Translations under genes and position numbers: made by a program
In this document: in pieces, positions 8,711-18,461 of the stretch
Layout of the letters: every line of letters starts with the position of its first letter
Numbering within the stretch: position 1 is the stretch's first letter
From: Escherichia phage vB_Ec-G1
Length of the DNA stretch: 64,000 nt
Sequence record: PQ433349.1
Direction: 5' to 3' (one strand)
Notes under the pieces: generated by a model
Seen by the model: only the letters and a program-made list of their open reading frames with translations
The model's database searches: none
What the model was told of the DNA's origin: nothing

Positions 8711-9819
8711 TTACCAAGCCCTCGTTTCACAGCAGCTACCATCCCGTCTTCCAGAGATTGAACTTCATTAATATAATCAACACGAGCAGCACGGGCTTCC
8801 GTATTGATGCGGTTAGTTTCTTCCAACATCTTAACCAAGTTTTCCTGATCGTGACGCAGAGTTTCAATATCCAACACTTGACGGTTAGCCAGTGCTGCTG
8901 CTTCGATCTGATTCTGTGTAGCAAGATCGCTACCCAGTTTAATTGCCAGGTTAAATTCATCAAGAACGTTATTCTGCGTCTCTGCTGCTTTCATTTGACG
9001 TAAGCTCTCGATATACATTGAGAAGTTAGCAGAGTAAGCAGGAATAACATTATTTACTATGTTACGCGCAGATCGCATTAAGCTTGCAGAAACTTTTTGC
9101 ATACCTTGTACACGCGGTCCCATTTGGACACACAGTAGGCGCAATGCTTTTAAATCTGCAATACGAATCTCCAGAAGATCCAAAGTATCTCGGATCACTT
9201 GTCGCTGTTCTACTGCATCTTCTGGAAGAGCAGCCAAAGCTTGTTCTTCTTTTTCATAGGTTGCTGTTAGAAGCTGCATATCTCGGTTCAAACTTGCAGC
9301 ATATTGTCCAATAGCTTGATGTAGCTTTTCAAGATATACCAAGGAATCTTCTTCTTTGCGAATATCCATTTGAAGGTTCTTTACCAACTCTTCAATACGG
9401 TTATTAACATTATCAAACTCCCCAAACAGGTCTTCTTTCATACCCATAACTTTTTTAATGAGTTTAGTAATACCCTTGCTTTGTTTAATAGAGTTTGGAT
9501 CAAGTTGTTTTGCCTGTTTAATCAAAGCTGTGAGTCGTTCACTCATCTGATCGCCTTGATTACTACGTTGATGTTTTAATACCTCGGCATTCAAGGAACG
9601 CAAGGTTGTTCCTGCCTCTGCCCCAATCTCTTCGATCTCTTGTCGGGTCATAGAAGGCAAAACTGGAACTTCTTGCGGTGCCGCTGGTGCATAAACAGGA
9701 CTGGCATCTAACACGCTTGGAGCGAATACAGATTTACTTGCATCTGTTGTTGCAGCAAATACGCTCATTTCAGGCTTCTTCTGACCACCAGTAACTGCTT
9801 TTAAAAATGGACTTGTCAT
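8707..9819 (-). CDS. TelA-like (toxic anion resistance / KlaB family) protein
   Basis: 370 aa, predominantly coiled-coil; length and periodicity resemble TelA family; adjacent to TerD, vWA and TerC genes. Confidence 0.5.
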   Translation of the reverse strand: MTSPFLKAVTGGQKKPEMSVFAATTDASKSVFAPSVLDASPVYAPAAPQEVPVLPSMTRQEIEEIGAEAGTTLRSLNAEVLKHQRSNQGDQMSERLTALIKQAKQLDPNSIKQSKGITKLIKKVMGMKEDLFGEFDNVNNRIEELVKNLQMDIRKEEDSLVYLEKLHQAIGQYAASLNRDMQLLTATYEKEEQALAALPEDAVEQRQVIRDTLDLLEIRIADLKALRLLCVQMGPRVQGMQKVSASLMRSARNIVNNVIPAYSANFSMYIESLRQMKAAETQNNVLDEFNLAIKLGSDLATQNQIEAAALANRQVLDIETLRHDQENLVKMLEETNRINTEARAARVDYINEVQSLEDGMVAAVKRGLGK

Positions 9820-10406
9820 TCTTCATTCTCCTCTTCTGCATCTCTTATATATGGTGAAACACCGTACTCTTTAGCTACTTTAACCCAATCGTCCCATTTA
9901 TACAACCATAATTTTCCTTCGGTCCCTTCTTTATCTGATTTCAACCACATATTAGGTTGCTTACCTGGGTACATGCGATTAGGTTTACGATTATAACCTC
10001 TAACACATCTTGTCGCAAACCTATCTACCAGAACAAGAACATATTTATATTCGTGGTTCAACGGCTCTTTGGAAGTGGCTTTAGGATTAGCCCCTAATTC
10101 TGCTGCCAGTTTTTGCCAATGAGCACCGTGCCTACTAAACTTACCCATACAACCATCAATAGCATGAGCAATTTCGTGCTTCATTGTATCCACGATCATA
10201 TCTCTTGTAGAGTTCTTATGCAAGTGCCAATTTACAACAACAATTTTATCTCGGTAGTTGCACCAACCGAAAGAGTTATTCACTTTGTTTCTAACACAAG
10301 CTTTATATCCTGCTTCACGTAACATGTTGTAGTAAACAGGAAAATCTTCTTTTATTTCCTGCATCACTTCCCACCACAAGAGTTGCAAGTCTCTCTCGGT
10401 ATACAT
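9816..10406 (-). CDS. SprT-like zinc metallopeptidase domain protein
   Basis: 196 aa; HEIAHAIDG (HExxH) motif with downstream His. Confidence 0.45.
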   Translation of the reverse strand: MYTERDLQLLWWEVMQEIKEDFPVYYNMLREAGYKACVRNKVNNSFGWCNYRDKIVVVNWHLHKNSTRDMIVDTMKHEIAHAIDGCMGKFSRHGAHWQKLAAELGANPKATSKEPLNHEYKYVLVLVDRFATRCVRGYNRKPNRMYPGKQPNMWLKSDKEGTEGKLWLYKWDDWVKVAKEYGVSPYIRDAEEENEE

Positions 10407-10409
10407 AAC

Positions 10410-11003
10410 TTACACCTTAAAAGTGAAATGCGTGGTCGTGGTTTCAAAATCAGGACCAGATAAACGTGCACTGAAATCTGAAATATTTGTAATTAAAAAG
10501 CTTTTATGCATACCTAACACAGCTACGCTTTCAATATCTTCTACTAACATTTCAATCATGTTAGAAACATGGCTGAACGTAGAGTTTTGTTTTTTGATGG
10601 TGTAGAAAGAAAGATTACCACCTGCTGTATAAGATACCTCTTCAAAATCTTTAATCGTATATTGTGTGCCATCAGTAAAGAAAATGGTAGCTTTATTAGT
10701 AGCACGTTTCTTGTTTTTTGGTCCTTTTTTACGTTTACTGCGAGTAGGCAAACCGTTTGGGAACACCATAGCTACAAATTCTTCAGCAGAAACCTCCTTA
10801 CCGAAATCATAACCATAAGAAACAGCGTCTATAAACTCGTCATCTTCATTTTTAAAATAATGGAAATAGGGCCAATTTGAGAGATTATCGAGCATCTTAT
10901 GCTCGTCCACAGCAGAGAATGTATCCCTCAAAGCGCGTGTGATTTGCAAAGCATTAGGCAACCTTTTAACACCTACGATGGAAGTACGAATAGAAATTGT
11001 CAT
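10410..11003 (-). CDS. hypothetical protein (197 aa)
   Basis: Track ORF, operon orientation. Confidence 0.5.
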   Translation of the reverse strand: MTISIRTSIVGVKRLPNALQITRALRDTFSAVDEHKMLDNLSNWPYFHYFKNEDDEFIDAVSYGYDFGKEVSAEEFVAMVFPNGLPTRSKRKKGPKNKKRATNKATIFFTDGTQYTIKDFEEVSYTAGGNLSFYTIKKQNSTFSHVSNMIEMLVEDIESVAVLGMHKSFLITNISDFSARLSGPDFETTTTHFTFKV

Positions 11004-11017
11004 TGTTTTTCTCCTTA

Positions 11018-11455
11018 TTAACGTCGCTTGCTACGAGATGAACTCTTTTTACTTAAAGGGCTATTGTAAGATTTACGAGTTGTATAGCTACTATTTGTTT
11101 TAAAAGTTTGTCTCGGCTTTTCATAAGTTTTTATCTCTTGTTTAGGCTTACCATAAAAATTAGTTTTCGGTTTAGGTGTATTATAATGCTTATTAATAAT
11201 CGTTCTGTTATCGTTATAATCCCCACTGTTACGATTACTACCACCACTCATCATATGCCCTAACAACATACCTGTAGCAAACTCACCAACACCGCTACTA
11301 CTAGAACCGCCACCATTGTTGATAATAGTTGTATCTCCGTCAGATCCTTGTTGAGCGTATTGTTGAGGAGGTTGTTGGTATTGTGCAGGATTTGTTTCAT
11401 CCTCACAAGCTGTTAAAAAGATACAACCAATTAAAATCAGGGCTAGTTTTTTCAT
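11018..11455 (-). CDS. putative lipoprotein with low-complexity Q/G/S-rich region
   Basis: Trimmed to MKKLALILIGCIFLTAC start with AGGAAAG RBS; lipobox-like LTAC after hydrophobic stretch. Confidence 0.5.
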   Translation of the reverse strand: MKKLALILIGCIFLTACEDETNPAQYQQPPQQYAQQGSDGDTTIINNGGGSSSSGVGEFATGMLLGHMMSGGSNRNSGDYNDNRTIINKHYNTPKPKTNFYGKPKQEIKTYEKPRQTFKTNSSYTTRKSYNSPLSKKSSSRSKRR

Positions 11456-11642
11456 ATTTGCTTTCCTCATTTTGACTATTAATACATCTGTGTTTGAAAT
11501 CTCCAGAGAAGCAATAAAGTTGCTCTCCATCTCGGTATAAACTCACTTTACTGCCGTTGATTACGCTTGTCAATACAAAAATTACAACAAACAACCCTAT
11601 TGCAAAACAAATATTTTCAAACACAATCAACAAGTATTTCAT
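11403..11642 (-). CDS. small membrane protein (79 aa)
   Basis: Hydrophobic N-terminus; ATGA start/stop coupling with upstream gene; overlaps lipoprotein start by about 50 nt. Confidence 0.35.
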   Translation of the reverse strand: MKYLLIVFENICFAIGLFVVIFVLTSVINGSKVSLYRDGEQLYCFSGDFKHRCINSQNEESKYEKTSPDFNWLYLFNSL

Positions 11643-11989
11643 TTTAAAAATACCTCATCATCAGTTTCATTATCCCAGAAGAACAAATCCCAACCATTCG
11701 GATCATTCCATTTGGCTGCTGGAGAAGTCCATATTTGTTCGATATCAATATTCAAAACTTCACCGTTTCGTTTTGAAACAGCTTTAGTTAATTCCCAACG
11801 AGATACAGGCTCTACTTCCCCTGAACCACTCCCACAACAAGCTACCACGTTAGGAGGCAAATTAATTGGATCTTTGGTCACGATCATAACGCTTACCCCA
11901 GGGTAAACTTTTGAAAGATAATCTAAAACGTAATCCACATCACCAGATAAATCCCAAACAAGTTCTTGAATTTCATCAAAATTATTCAT
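11639..11989 (-). CDS. hypothetical protein (116 aa)
   Basis: Track ORF; AGGAG RBS. Confidence 0.5.
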   Translation of the reverse strand: MNNFDEIQELVWDLSGDVDYVLDYLSKVYPGVSVMIVTKDPINLPPNVVACCGSGSGEVEPVSRWELTKAVSKRNGEVLNIDIEQIWTSPAAKWNDPNGWDLFFWDNETDDEVFLK

Positions 11990-12000
11990 AAGTCTCTCCT

Positions 12001-12024
12001 ATAAAATAGCCTCCCGAAGGAGGC
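12001..12024 (-). terminator. rho-independent terminator after TerC-like gene
   Basis: GCCTCC-cgaa-GGAGGC hairpin followed on the minus strand by a T-rich tract. Confidence 0.5.
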
Positions 12025-12031
12025 TCATCTA

Positions 12032-13006
12032 TTAAACAGCAGCTTCTTCTTTTTCAGGGAAGATAAAGCTTGCAATAACACCAAGAGCTAATGTGCCTAG
12101 AACAATCATCAGACTTACGTTAGGGGAAATATCATGCGGGAGGAATGACCACTTGGCATGAAGTGTTTCACCGAACGGGTGATACATAAGTTTAGCACCG
12201 ACAAATACCAGAACCACAGCAACAGCTTTCTCTAAGTGAACCAGATATTTCACAGCCACACTTAACACAAAGAAAAGTGCACGTAAACCAAGAACAGCCA
12301 TCAGCATTGCAGAATAAACTAGCAGAGGTTCTTGTGTCACACCGATCACAGCCGGAACTGAATCAAAAGAGAAGACAATATCTGTAAGCTCAATAACAAA
12401 CACACAAAGAAGAGCAGGAGTTGCATATTTAATACCATTCTTAATGGTGATGAACTTTTCACCATCCAGTGCATTGTGCACAGGCAGAACTTTACCTACT
12501 AAACGAACAGCCCAATGCTTAGAGTAATCAATATCCTCTTCTTCGTCACCACCTTTGATGATAGCCACGGCAGACCAAGCTACAATCAAACCGAACAACA
12601 CTTGGACCGACCAATGAAGGTTAAACAAAGCGGTCCCTGCTGCAACAAAAATACCTCGGAAGACAATGGCTCCTGCAATCCCCCAAAGTAAAATCTTATG
12701 TTGGAGATGTGTGCTCTTAATTCCAAAGCTTGCAAAAATTGCCATGAACACCATCAGGTTATCTACAGAAAGACTCTTTTCCAACACATAGCCACTTAGG
12801 AAAAGCGCGGCAAACTCTTTACCATGTTCTACCCAAATGAATGCGTAATATCCTAAAGCTAAAGCAATCCAAAAAACAGACCAAAGCAAAGCAGATTTAA
12901 TTCCAATTTCTTTATTCTCTTTATGACCAAAGAAATCAATACCAATAGACAATGCTAAAATACCAACTAAAACAACTACATCAATAATGGGGAAACCAAG
13001 TTGCAT
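12032..13006 (-). CDS. TerC-family integral membrane protein
   Basis: 324 aa; multiple hydrophobic helices; conserved LSVDNLMVF and acidic DGEK features typical of TerC family. Confidence 0.6.
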   Translation of the reverse strand: MQLGFPIIDVVVLVGILALSIGIDFFGHKENKEIGIKSALLWSVFWIALALGYYAFIWVEHGKEFAALFLSGYVLEKSLSVDNLMVFMAIFASFGIKSTHLQHKILLWGIAGAIVFRGIFVAAGTALFNLHWSVQVLFGLIVAWSAVAIIKGGDEEEDIDYSKHWAVRLVGKVLPVHNALDGEKFITIKNGIKYATPALLCVFVIELTDIVFSFDSVPAVIGVTQEPLLVYSAMLMAVLGLRALFFVLSVAVKYLVHLEKAVAVVLVFVGAKLMYHPFGETLHAKWSFLPHDISPNVSLMIVLGTLALGVIASFIFPEKEEAAV

Positions 13007-13087
13007 TATTTTCTCCTTTCTCTTTGCGGGGAACCACTCCCCGCCTCATGTGATACATCTTACTCTATTCTAAAACTTTGTCAACAC

Positions 13088-13309
13088 TTATTTTGAAGAA
13101 CTTGAGGAAAAGATCCCACGTAGTACAGCCATGATAAATGCCACACACACCACAGTCCAGAAGGTGACAGGAACAGTGATATCTGTGTGACCCATCATTT
13201 CAACAACGTAGTTATAAGCCAGCAGCAGAAGCCATGCTGGAATCATACTAATCAGAAAAGCAATAACAAACACAATAATCACTGCAAGAATACCTGCTAA
13301 AACGCCCAT
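13088..13309 (-). CDS. small membrane protein (73 aa)
   Basis: Two hydrophobic helices; operon orientation. Confidence 0.45.
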   Translation of the reverse strand: MGVLAGILAVIIVFVIAFLISMIPAWLLLLAYNYVVEMMGHTDITVPVTFWTVVCVAFIMAVLRGIFSSSSSK

Positions 13310-13322
13310 AATATTTCTCCTC

Positions 13323-13796
13323 TTAAAGTTTATAAATAGTCACATCGTGACCTGTTTTTACTAAAGTTTCTTCAATCATCACTTCAATGATAGCCCAATT
13401 ACCTCCTGCCAACCCTGCTCCAATCATAGGTAAGCCGATCTTACATTTTTGGTCACGGAGAAGCAAATCATTAGCCATAGCTATTAGTGCATCGTACAAG
13501 GCATCATAGTCCAACTGACGACCTTTAGCATTGTATCCGTAACGGTATTGCCCGTACAGATTATATACCAAAGGGTCTGATTGTTCGTCTGGCACCCCTA
13601 AACTAAAACAACCCAGTTTACTTTGATCACCAGCCATTGTGTCTAAGTCTGCTGCATATGCGTAAGGAAATGCTCGTTTGATTTGTGGGGCAATACCTGC
13701 CCCCATATTACACATACAGTTGCAACAATGAGCAATAACAGTTACTTCACCTGCTTTAGCGGCATCAATAAGATTACCTGTTTTCATTTTAAGCAT
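13323..13796 (-). CDS. Macro domain (ADP-ribose binding/processing) protein
   Basis: Track ORF 13323..13901 trimmed to internal ATG after upstream stop; VIAHCCNCMCNMGAGIA and IGLPMIGAGLAGG resemble Macro-domain glycine-rich motifs. Confidence 0.5.
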   Translation of the reverse strand: MLKMKTGNLIDAAKAGEVTVIAHCCNCMCNMGAGIAPQIKRAFPYAYAADLDTMAGDQSKLGCFSLGVPDEQSDPLVYNLYGQYRYGYNAKGRQLDYDALYDALIAMANDLLLRDQKCKIGLPMIGAGLAGGNWAIIEVMIEETLVKTGHDVTIYKL

Positions 13797-13809
13797 TTTT
13801 AGCCCCTTA

Positions 13810-14637
13810 TTACAGAATGTGCTGTTTTGTGTAACGATCCAAGAATTCAAAGTTTTCAGCATACTTTGAAATTCGGTTGTAACCTTCTCCCAAGCATCCA
13901 AAGAAAAGTTGCTCTACATAGTAGTGTGGCAATTGACTAAGAATGATTTTGAAGTCTTCATGATTTTGGCCCATAAGATATTTAATAGGACGAACAAGAC
14001 ACTGTGCATCACGTTCTTCATTAATCATTTTAACAAACGCTTCTGGTGTATTAATGTAGTTAAAATTCAGTTTAGCTTCGGTATCTGCTTGATTACCTTC
14101 ATATTTTGCAAAATACAGGAAGTAAACATCATTTTTAACTTGATTTTCATCAAGAATCTCAATCAGTTTGTCTTCATGCGTTCCAGTGATATTTACATCA
14201 TCAATGAATACAAGCTTCTTATCACCCCAGAATTCTTTGTTGCAGTAGAATGTATCCCCATCAATAAGTTTCTTACGACTAGCTTTATCCAAGAAACCAT
14301 AATCGTTGATATAGCTAACTTTACGATGAATAATGTCCAGTTCTGCTGAACGACCTTGATCATATTGTGATTGCAACATGTTAAAGTAATTAATAAAATG
14401 ATCTGTCATCATTGTTGCAGCATTATGCACATGGTTGTAAGGAGAAGGAATGATAACAAATTGTTCCCCAATATGTTTCATTGCCACTTGAGCAAAAAAC
14501 TGAAGTGCCAATTCTTTACCCATACGACGCGCGGCTTGGTTACTACCAAATTTCAATTTTGAATAATCTTGGATATCAAAAGTAGCAGTTTCCAGGTCAT
14601 CAAATTTATTTGCAAAAATTTGAGTTTGATTACGCAT
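13810..14637 (-). CDS. phosphoribosyltransferase (PRTase)-like protein
   Basis: 275 aa; LVFIDDVNITGTHE matches the PRTase PRPP-binding signature. Confidence 0.5.
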   Translation of the reverse strand: MRNQTQIFANKFDDLETATFDIQDYSKLKFGSNQAARRMGKELALQFFAQVAMKHIGEQFVIIPSPYNHVHNAATMMTDHFINYFNMLQSQYDQGRSAELDIIHRKVSYINDYGFLDKASRKKLIDGDTFYCNKEFWGDKKLVFIDDVNITGTHEDKLIEILDENQVKNDVYFLYFAKYEGNQADTEAKLNFNYINTPEAFVKMINEERDAQCLVRPIKYLMGQNHEDFKIILSQLPHYYVEQLFFGCLGEGYNRISKYAENFEFLDRYTKQHIL

Positions 14638-15286
14638 TTACAATTTCTCCTCTTTTAAGTTTCTCTAGTAAGTCGTTAGGGTTCTTAATATGACAGAAGT
14701 TAAATCCTAAGTCAACACATTTTCCATCATATTCTTCACTATCGCCTACGTGCAATACTTCGTGCCCTAACAGAGGGATCGGAGAATACGTGAGCGTGCG
14801 AGCAAAGAATCGCGGATCTGGTTTACAAAGTAAAGCTTCATCCGAGAAATGGGTGAACTCAAAACAATTCCAACTATCAAACTTACAAGCACGACGCAGG
14901 ATATCCCCTGATATAAAGTTGGTATTGCTCTTAATACTCAAATCATAACGTCCCGAAAGATACAGCAAGTACATCGGCAGATCCACGGCTACGTGTGGTG
15001 GAAACTTAAGGAACCACTGTTCACACTCGAAACGAAGCTTTGCAGACTTCCAAGGTGTTATCCCAAGTTCAGAACCAAGTCTTTCCCAGGCGTATGCTGC
15101 ACACTCGGCTTTGCCTTGAAGTGCTGCATTATCCAGTTCCTTTTTGATCTTCTTATAAGCTGCTCTTGCTTCCACTTCCGTAATATCTCCATATTTTGCG
15201 ATAGTCCAGGCTCGCATGTCTGCGTAATTGGAGTTTGCTGTGATCAGTGTGTTCCATACATCAAAAGAGATATGTTTAATAGTCAT
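14630..15286 (-). CDS. HAD-superfamily hydrolase-like protein
   Basis: 218 aa; N-terminal FDVWNTL (motif I-like) and HVGDSEEYD (motif IV-like). Confidence 0.5.
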   Translation of the reverse strand: MTIKHISFDVWNTLITANSNYADMRAWTIAKYGDITEVEARAAYKKIKKELDNAALQGKAECAAYAWERLGSELGITPWKSAKLRFECEQWFLKFPPHVAVDLPMYLLYLSGRYDLSIKSNTNFISGDILRRACKFDSWNCFEFTHFSDEALLCKPDPRFFARTLTYSPIPLLGHEVLHVGDSEEYDGKCVDLGFNFCHIKNPNDLLEKLKRGEIVNA

Positions 15287-15287
15287 A

Positions 15288-15893
15288 TTAAGCCCACCAT
15301 GCGTCTAAGTTAAGATTACTGTCCACTACCACTTGTTCTATGTGGTAGCCTTTTATCTGTATCCCACTGTTCAAGAGCATATCATACGCTTCATTGAAAC
15401 GCAACTTATCTTCTGCGGAATATAAGCGAGCATTATAAAATCGGTAATCAATTTCTTCAGCATTAGAAGAAATACGGAAGAAGTTTGTTTCTACTTCGGG
15501 ATCACTTGCTGAAGTCTTAATGTGAACTTCTCCATAATTTTCTTTACTTAGATCCATGAAAAGAACACAGGCAACATGTTTAAACATTCGTTCCAGTTTG
15601 TAACGAACAACATTGAAACCTGCATTCTCAAGTTTTTCTACACACTGCAACATTAAAGTAGTGTCGAGATCGCTTTGATACTTTGTTAACATACGATCAC
15701 GTTGAGACTTTGTATCCCGATGTAAATCAATTGTTGTGCATTTGGCACCAATAATCTTAGCTGCTTTCATCAACTCTTCAGAACTAACGTTAGATAAAGT
15801 AAGATGAAAATGGGCTTTCCACACTTTTTTAGCAGGGACACCAAAAGATTTATCCCCACTATTCGGCATGTTGACTACTACACTATGTTGCAT
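15288..15893 (-). CDS. 2H phosphoesterase (LigT-like) superfamily protein
   Basis: 201 aa; two H-x-T/S-x motifs (HFHLTLS and VHIKTSAS). Confidence 0.45.
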   Translation of the reverse strand: MQHSVVVNMPNSGDKSFGVPAKKVWKAHFHLTLSNVSSEELMKAAKIIGAKCTTIDLHRDTKSQRDRMLTKYQSDLDTTLMLQCVEKLENAGFNVVRYKLERMFKHVACVLFMDLSKENYGEVHIKTSASDPEVETNFFRISSNAEEIDYRFYNARLYSAEDKLRFNEAYDMLLNSGIQIKGYHIEQVVVDSNLNLDAWWA

Positions 15894-15908
15894 TACTTAT
15901 CTCCTCAC

Positions 15909-16133
15909 TTAAAATGGAAGTCTTTGAAGTTCATCTCCTCCGATATCAAGTAATTTAGCAACATCTCGATCAGAAAGCAACTCTTTTCTTTGTAAAATAT
16001 CCACAAGGGTTGCAAGAATGTCCTTAACGTCCCGATCACTGTTCTTCAAAAGTTCTCCTGCCGTCCCTACTCTATCTCCTACAGCAAAATATGTAACCAT
16101 GAAACCTCCTAAGTTAATCTGATTGCCAACCAC
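15909..16133 (-). CDS. small hypothetical protein (74 aa)
   Basis: Track ORF, overlaps NrdG stop. Confidence 0.35.
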   Translation of the reverse strand: MVGNQINLGGFMVTYFAVGDRVGTAGELLKNSDRDVKDILATLVDILQRKELLSDRDVAKLLDIGGDELQRLPF

Positions 16134-16584
16134 TTGCCGTTTTGGTCCATAATCTTTGATTATCTGACCCTCTGAAAGGTTTTGTAGTTGGATTGTTTAT
16201 TTCATACTTTCCGTCTACAATAATGTCAACAAGATTTTTAATATACAAAGGCACTTCCTCAAAAGTATATCCTGTATACACCATTATATCTTTGCTTGAC
16301 CCATAAACATCTCTAACCTTTTCTATAAGGTTTTTAACATTGTAAATATTCTGCGGATCTAATGGCTCTCCTCCTAAAATTGTTAAACCTTTTACAAACG
16401 GTCTTGACAAATCTTTTAAAACTTGCTCTACATTTTCGTGAGTAAACGGTTTCCCATAAGAATAAGACCAGGCTTTTTGGTTAAAACAGCCACGACAACC
16501 GTGGCTACAACCACTAACCCAGAGGGAGCACCTAACTCCCTCGCCATTAATAAGATCTACAGGTTCATATCCTGCAAAATTCAA
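16114..16584 (-). CDS. nrdG: anaerobic ribonucleotide reductase activating protein (radical SAM)
   Basis: 156 aa; CSHGCRGCFN radical-SAM cysteine cluster; immediately downstream of NrdD. Confidence 0.85.
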   Translation of the reverse strand: MNFAGYEPVDLINGEGVRCSLWVSGCSHGCRGCFNQKAWSYSYGKPFTHENVEQVLKDLSRPFVKGLTILGGEPLDPQNIYNVKNLIEKVRDVYGSSKDIMVYTGYTFEEVPLYIKNLVDIIVDGKYEINNPTTKPFRGSDNQRLWTKTASGWQSD

Positions 16585-18395
16585 AGATGTTTCTCCCTTT
16601 GCAAAACTTCCTGCATTTTACCTTTGTTGTAAGGGCGTGAATTAGGGGCAGAAAGATACCCTGACACACGTCTAACTACAGAAATAGTTTCTTCTTCATG
16701 GTTGCCACAATCAGGACACTCAAACCCTTTAGCCGTTGCCTTAAATTCTCCATGAAAACCACACTTAAAGCATTGATCCACGGGCTGATTAATACCAAAA
16801 TAGTGAATATGTTCATAAGCGTAGTCTACTAAAGTCTCCAAAGCTTCTAAGTTATTCTTTAAGTTTGGTGTTTCGACATAACTTATGTTACCACCATTAC
16901 TAATCTGTGCAAAACCTGCTTCATAATCCCATTTTTCAAAAGGATTTGTTACCAACCATACAGGTTGATGAAAAGAGTTAGTAAGATAATCTCTTTCTAC
17001 CAAACCTGGGTATTTTTCATTTAAAGCTGTTGCAAACTTATAGCACAAGGATTCTGCTGGAGTTCCATAGAGACTAAACGCCAGCTTAGATCGTTCTTTA
17101 AACACAGCACACACATCTTTCATATGTTGCAGAATGCTTTTACCAAGTTCCTTTTTATCTTTTTCTTCTGGATAAAGGATTTCCAAAGCTTCGGCAAGAC
17201 CTACATAACCAATACTAATAGAAGCATAACCACCTTCAAACAAAACACCAATTTCATCATTGGCATTTAAACGCGCTAAAGCCCCTTCCATGAAAAGAAT
17301 AGGGTTTTCAGATGCTTTGGTATGTCTGATACGGTTTACACGTAGCATGTGAGCATCGTAGGCTATCTCCATATGTTTATTAAGAAGATCGGTGAAAGAT
17401 TCTCCTTTACTTCTTGCTTCCGCAGCAATCAGAGGCAAGTTGATAGAAACTACTCCAAGGTTGAATCGTCCATCATATTTTTCTCCTTGTTCGGTGGCAT
17501 AGTACGACAAAAAGGAACGACAACCCATACTCGTAACGGTACCATCTGCTGATCCCGTAACTTCTTTGTTCAAAGGAACAGAAATAAAATCTGGATAAAT
17601 ACGATCAGCACAACATGCCAAAGCTTGTTGCTTAAGGTCGTAGTTAGGATCACTAGGTTTCATGTTAACACCTTCTTGTAAAAAGAAAATAACTTTAGGG
17701 AATACAGGCGTTACATGATCTTTGCCTAGACCGTTACTATGCACTTTAAGATAGTTAGCTGTGATCATTCTGCCAAAAACAGAGGTATCCAGACCCATAC
17801 TGATTGTAATAAAAGGAGATTGTCCATTAACACTCATTAAAGTGTTAACCTGATACAAAAGAGTTTGCATAGCGTCATATACATCTTGTTCGGTCATTTC
17901 TAGGGCTTCTTTCCTTGCATAACAACCGTAGCGACGTTTGGTTATCTCCATGTTTTTAAGGAAACTGGCTTCAACATAAGGACTAAGACCTTTATCAATG
18001 TGCGCACACGTTTGACCTCCATACTGACTGGAGGCAACAGCTTGGATGATTTGAGTTAGCACTGTAGTAGCCACCCCAATAGATTTTGGTTTTTCTATCT
18101 GTGCGGCTCCGATCTTAAAACCATTCTCTAACATATCTTGATAATTAACAAGACAACAGTTTGTAAGAGGAGAGAGTAGATAATCCAAGTCGTGAATATG
18201 TCCAAAACCTTCTGTATGCCATTCTGACAAGTTTTTTGGCAGTATCTGTGTCATTGCCATATGTTTGCTTAAAATCCCCGCCAAGAGATCCCTATGCGTG
18301 TTAACGAGGTGGGAAGGTTTGTTTGCATTCTCTCTAGTGTATGTTTCTGAAGTGCGATCTAAAAAAGAAAAAACATCTTGGTACAAATCTTTCAT
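16581..18395 (-). CDS. nrdD: anaerobic ribonucleoside-triphosphate reductase (class III)
   Basis: 604 aa; C-terminal CPDCG zinc site and glycyl-radical motif RVSGYL; overall NrdD-like. Confidence 0.9.
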   Translation of the reverse strand: MKDLYQDVFSFLDRTSETYTRENANKPSHLVNTHRDLLAGILSKHMAMTQILPKNLSEWHTEGFGHIHDLDYLLSPLTNCCLVNYQDMLENGFKIGAAQIEKPKSIGVATTVLTQIIQAVASSQYGGQTCAHIDKGLSPYVEASFLKNMEITKRRYGCYARKEALEMTEQDVYDAMQTLLYQVNTLMSVNGQSPFITISMGLDTSVFGRMITANYLKVHSNGLGKDHVTPVFPKVIFFLQEGVNMKPSDPNYDLKQQALACCADRIYPDFISVPLNKEVTGSADGTVTSMGCRSFLSYYATEQGEKYDGRFNLGVVSINLPLIAAEARSKGESFTDLLNKHMEIAYDAHMLRVNRIRHTKASENPILFMEGALARLNANDEIGVLFEGGYASISIGYVGLAEALEILYPEEKDKKELGKSILQHMKDVCAVFKERSKLAFSLYGTPAESLCYKFATALNEKYPGLVERDYLTNSFHQPVWLVTNPFEKWDYEAGFAQISNGGNISYVETPNLKNNLEALETLVDYAYEHIHYFGINQPVDQCFKCGFHGEFKATAKGFECPDCGNHEEETISVVRRVSGYLSAPNSRPYNKGKMQEVLQREKHL

Positions 18396-18461
18396 TATTA
18401 ATCCTTATTTTGTGAGTAGAACTATTATTCTACCTCTTCCAACCGAAAAAAGCTTTGAGGG

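Noticed and set aside
13320-13331. T4-type late promoter motif TATAAATA (also near 44709 and on the minus strand near 23945)
   Set aside because: Occurrences are sparse and not consistently placed upstream of gene starts; insufficient to infer T4-like late transcription.
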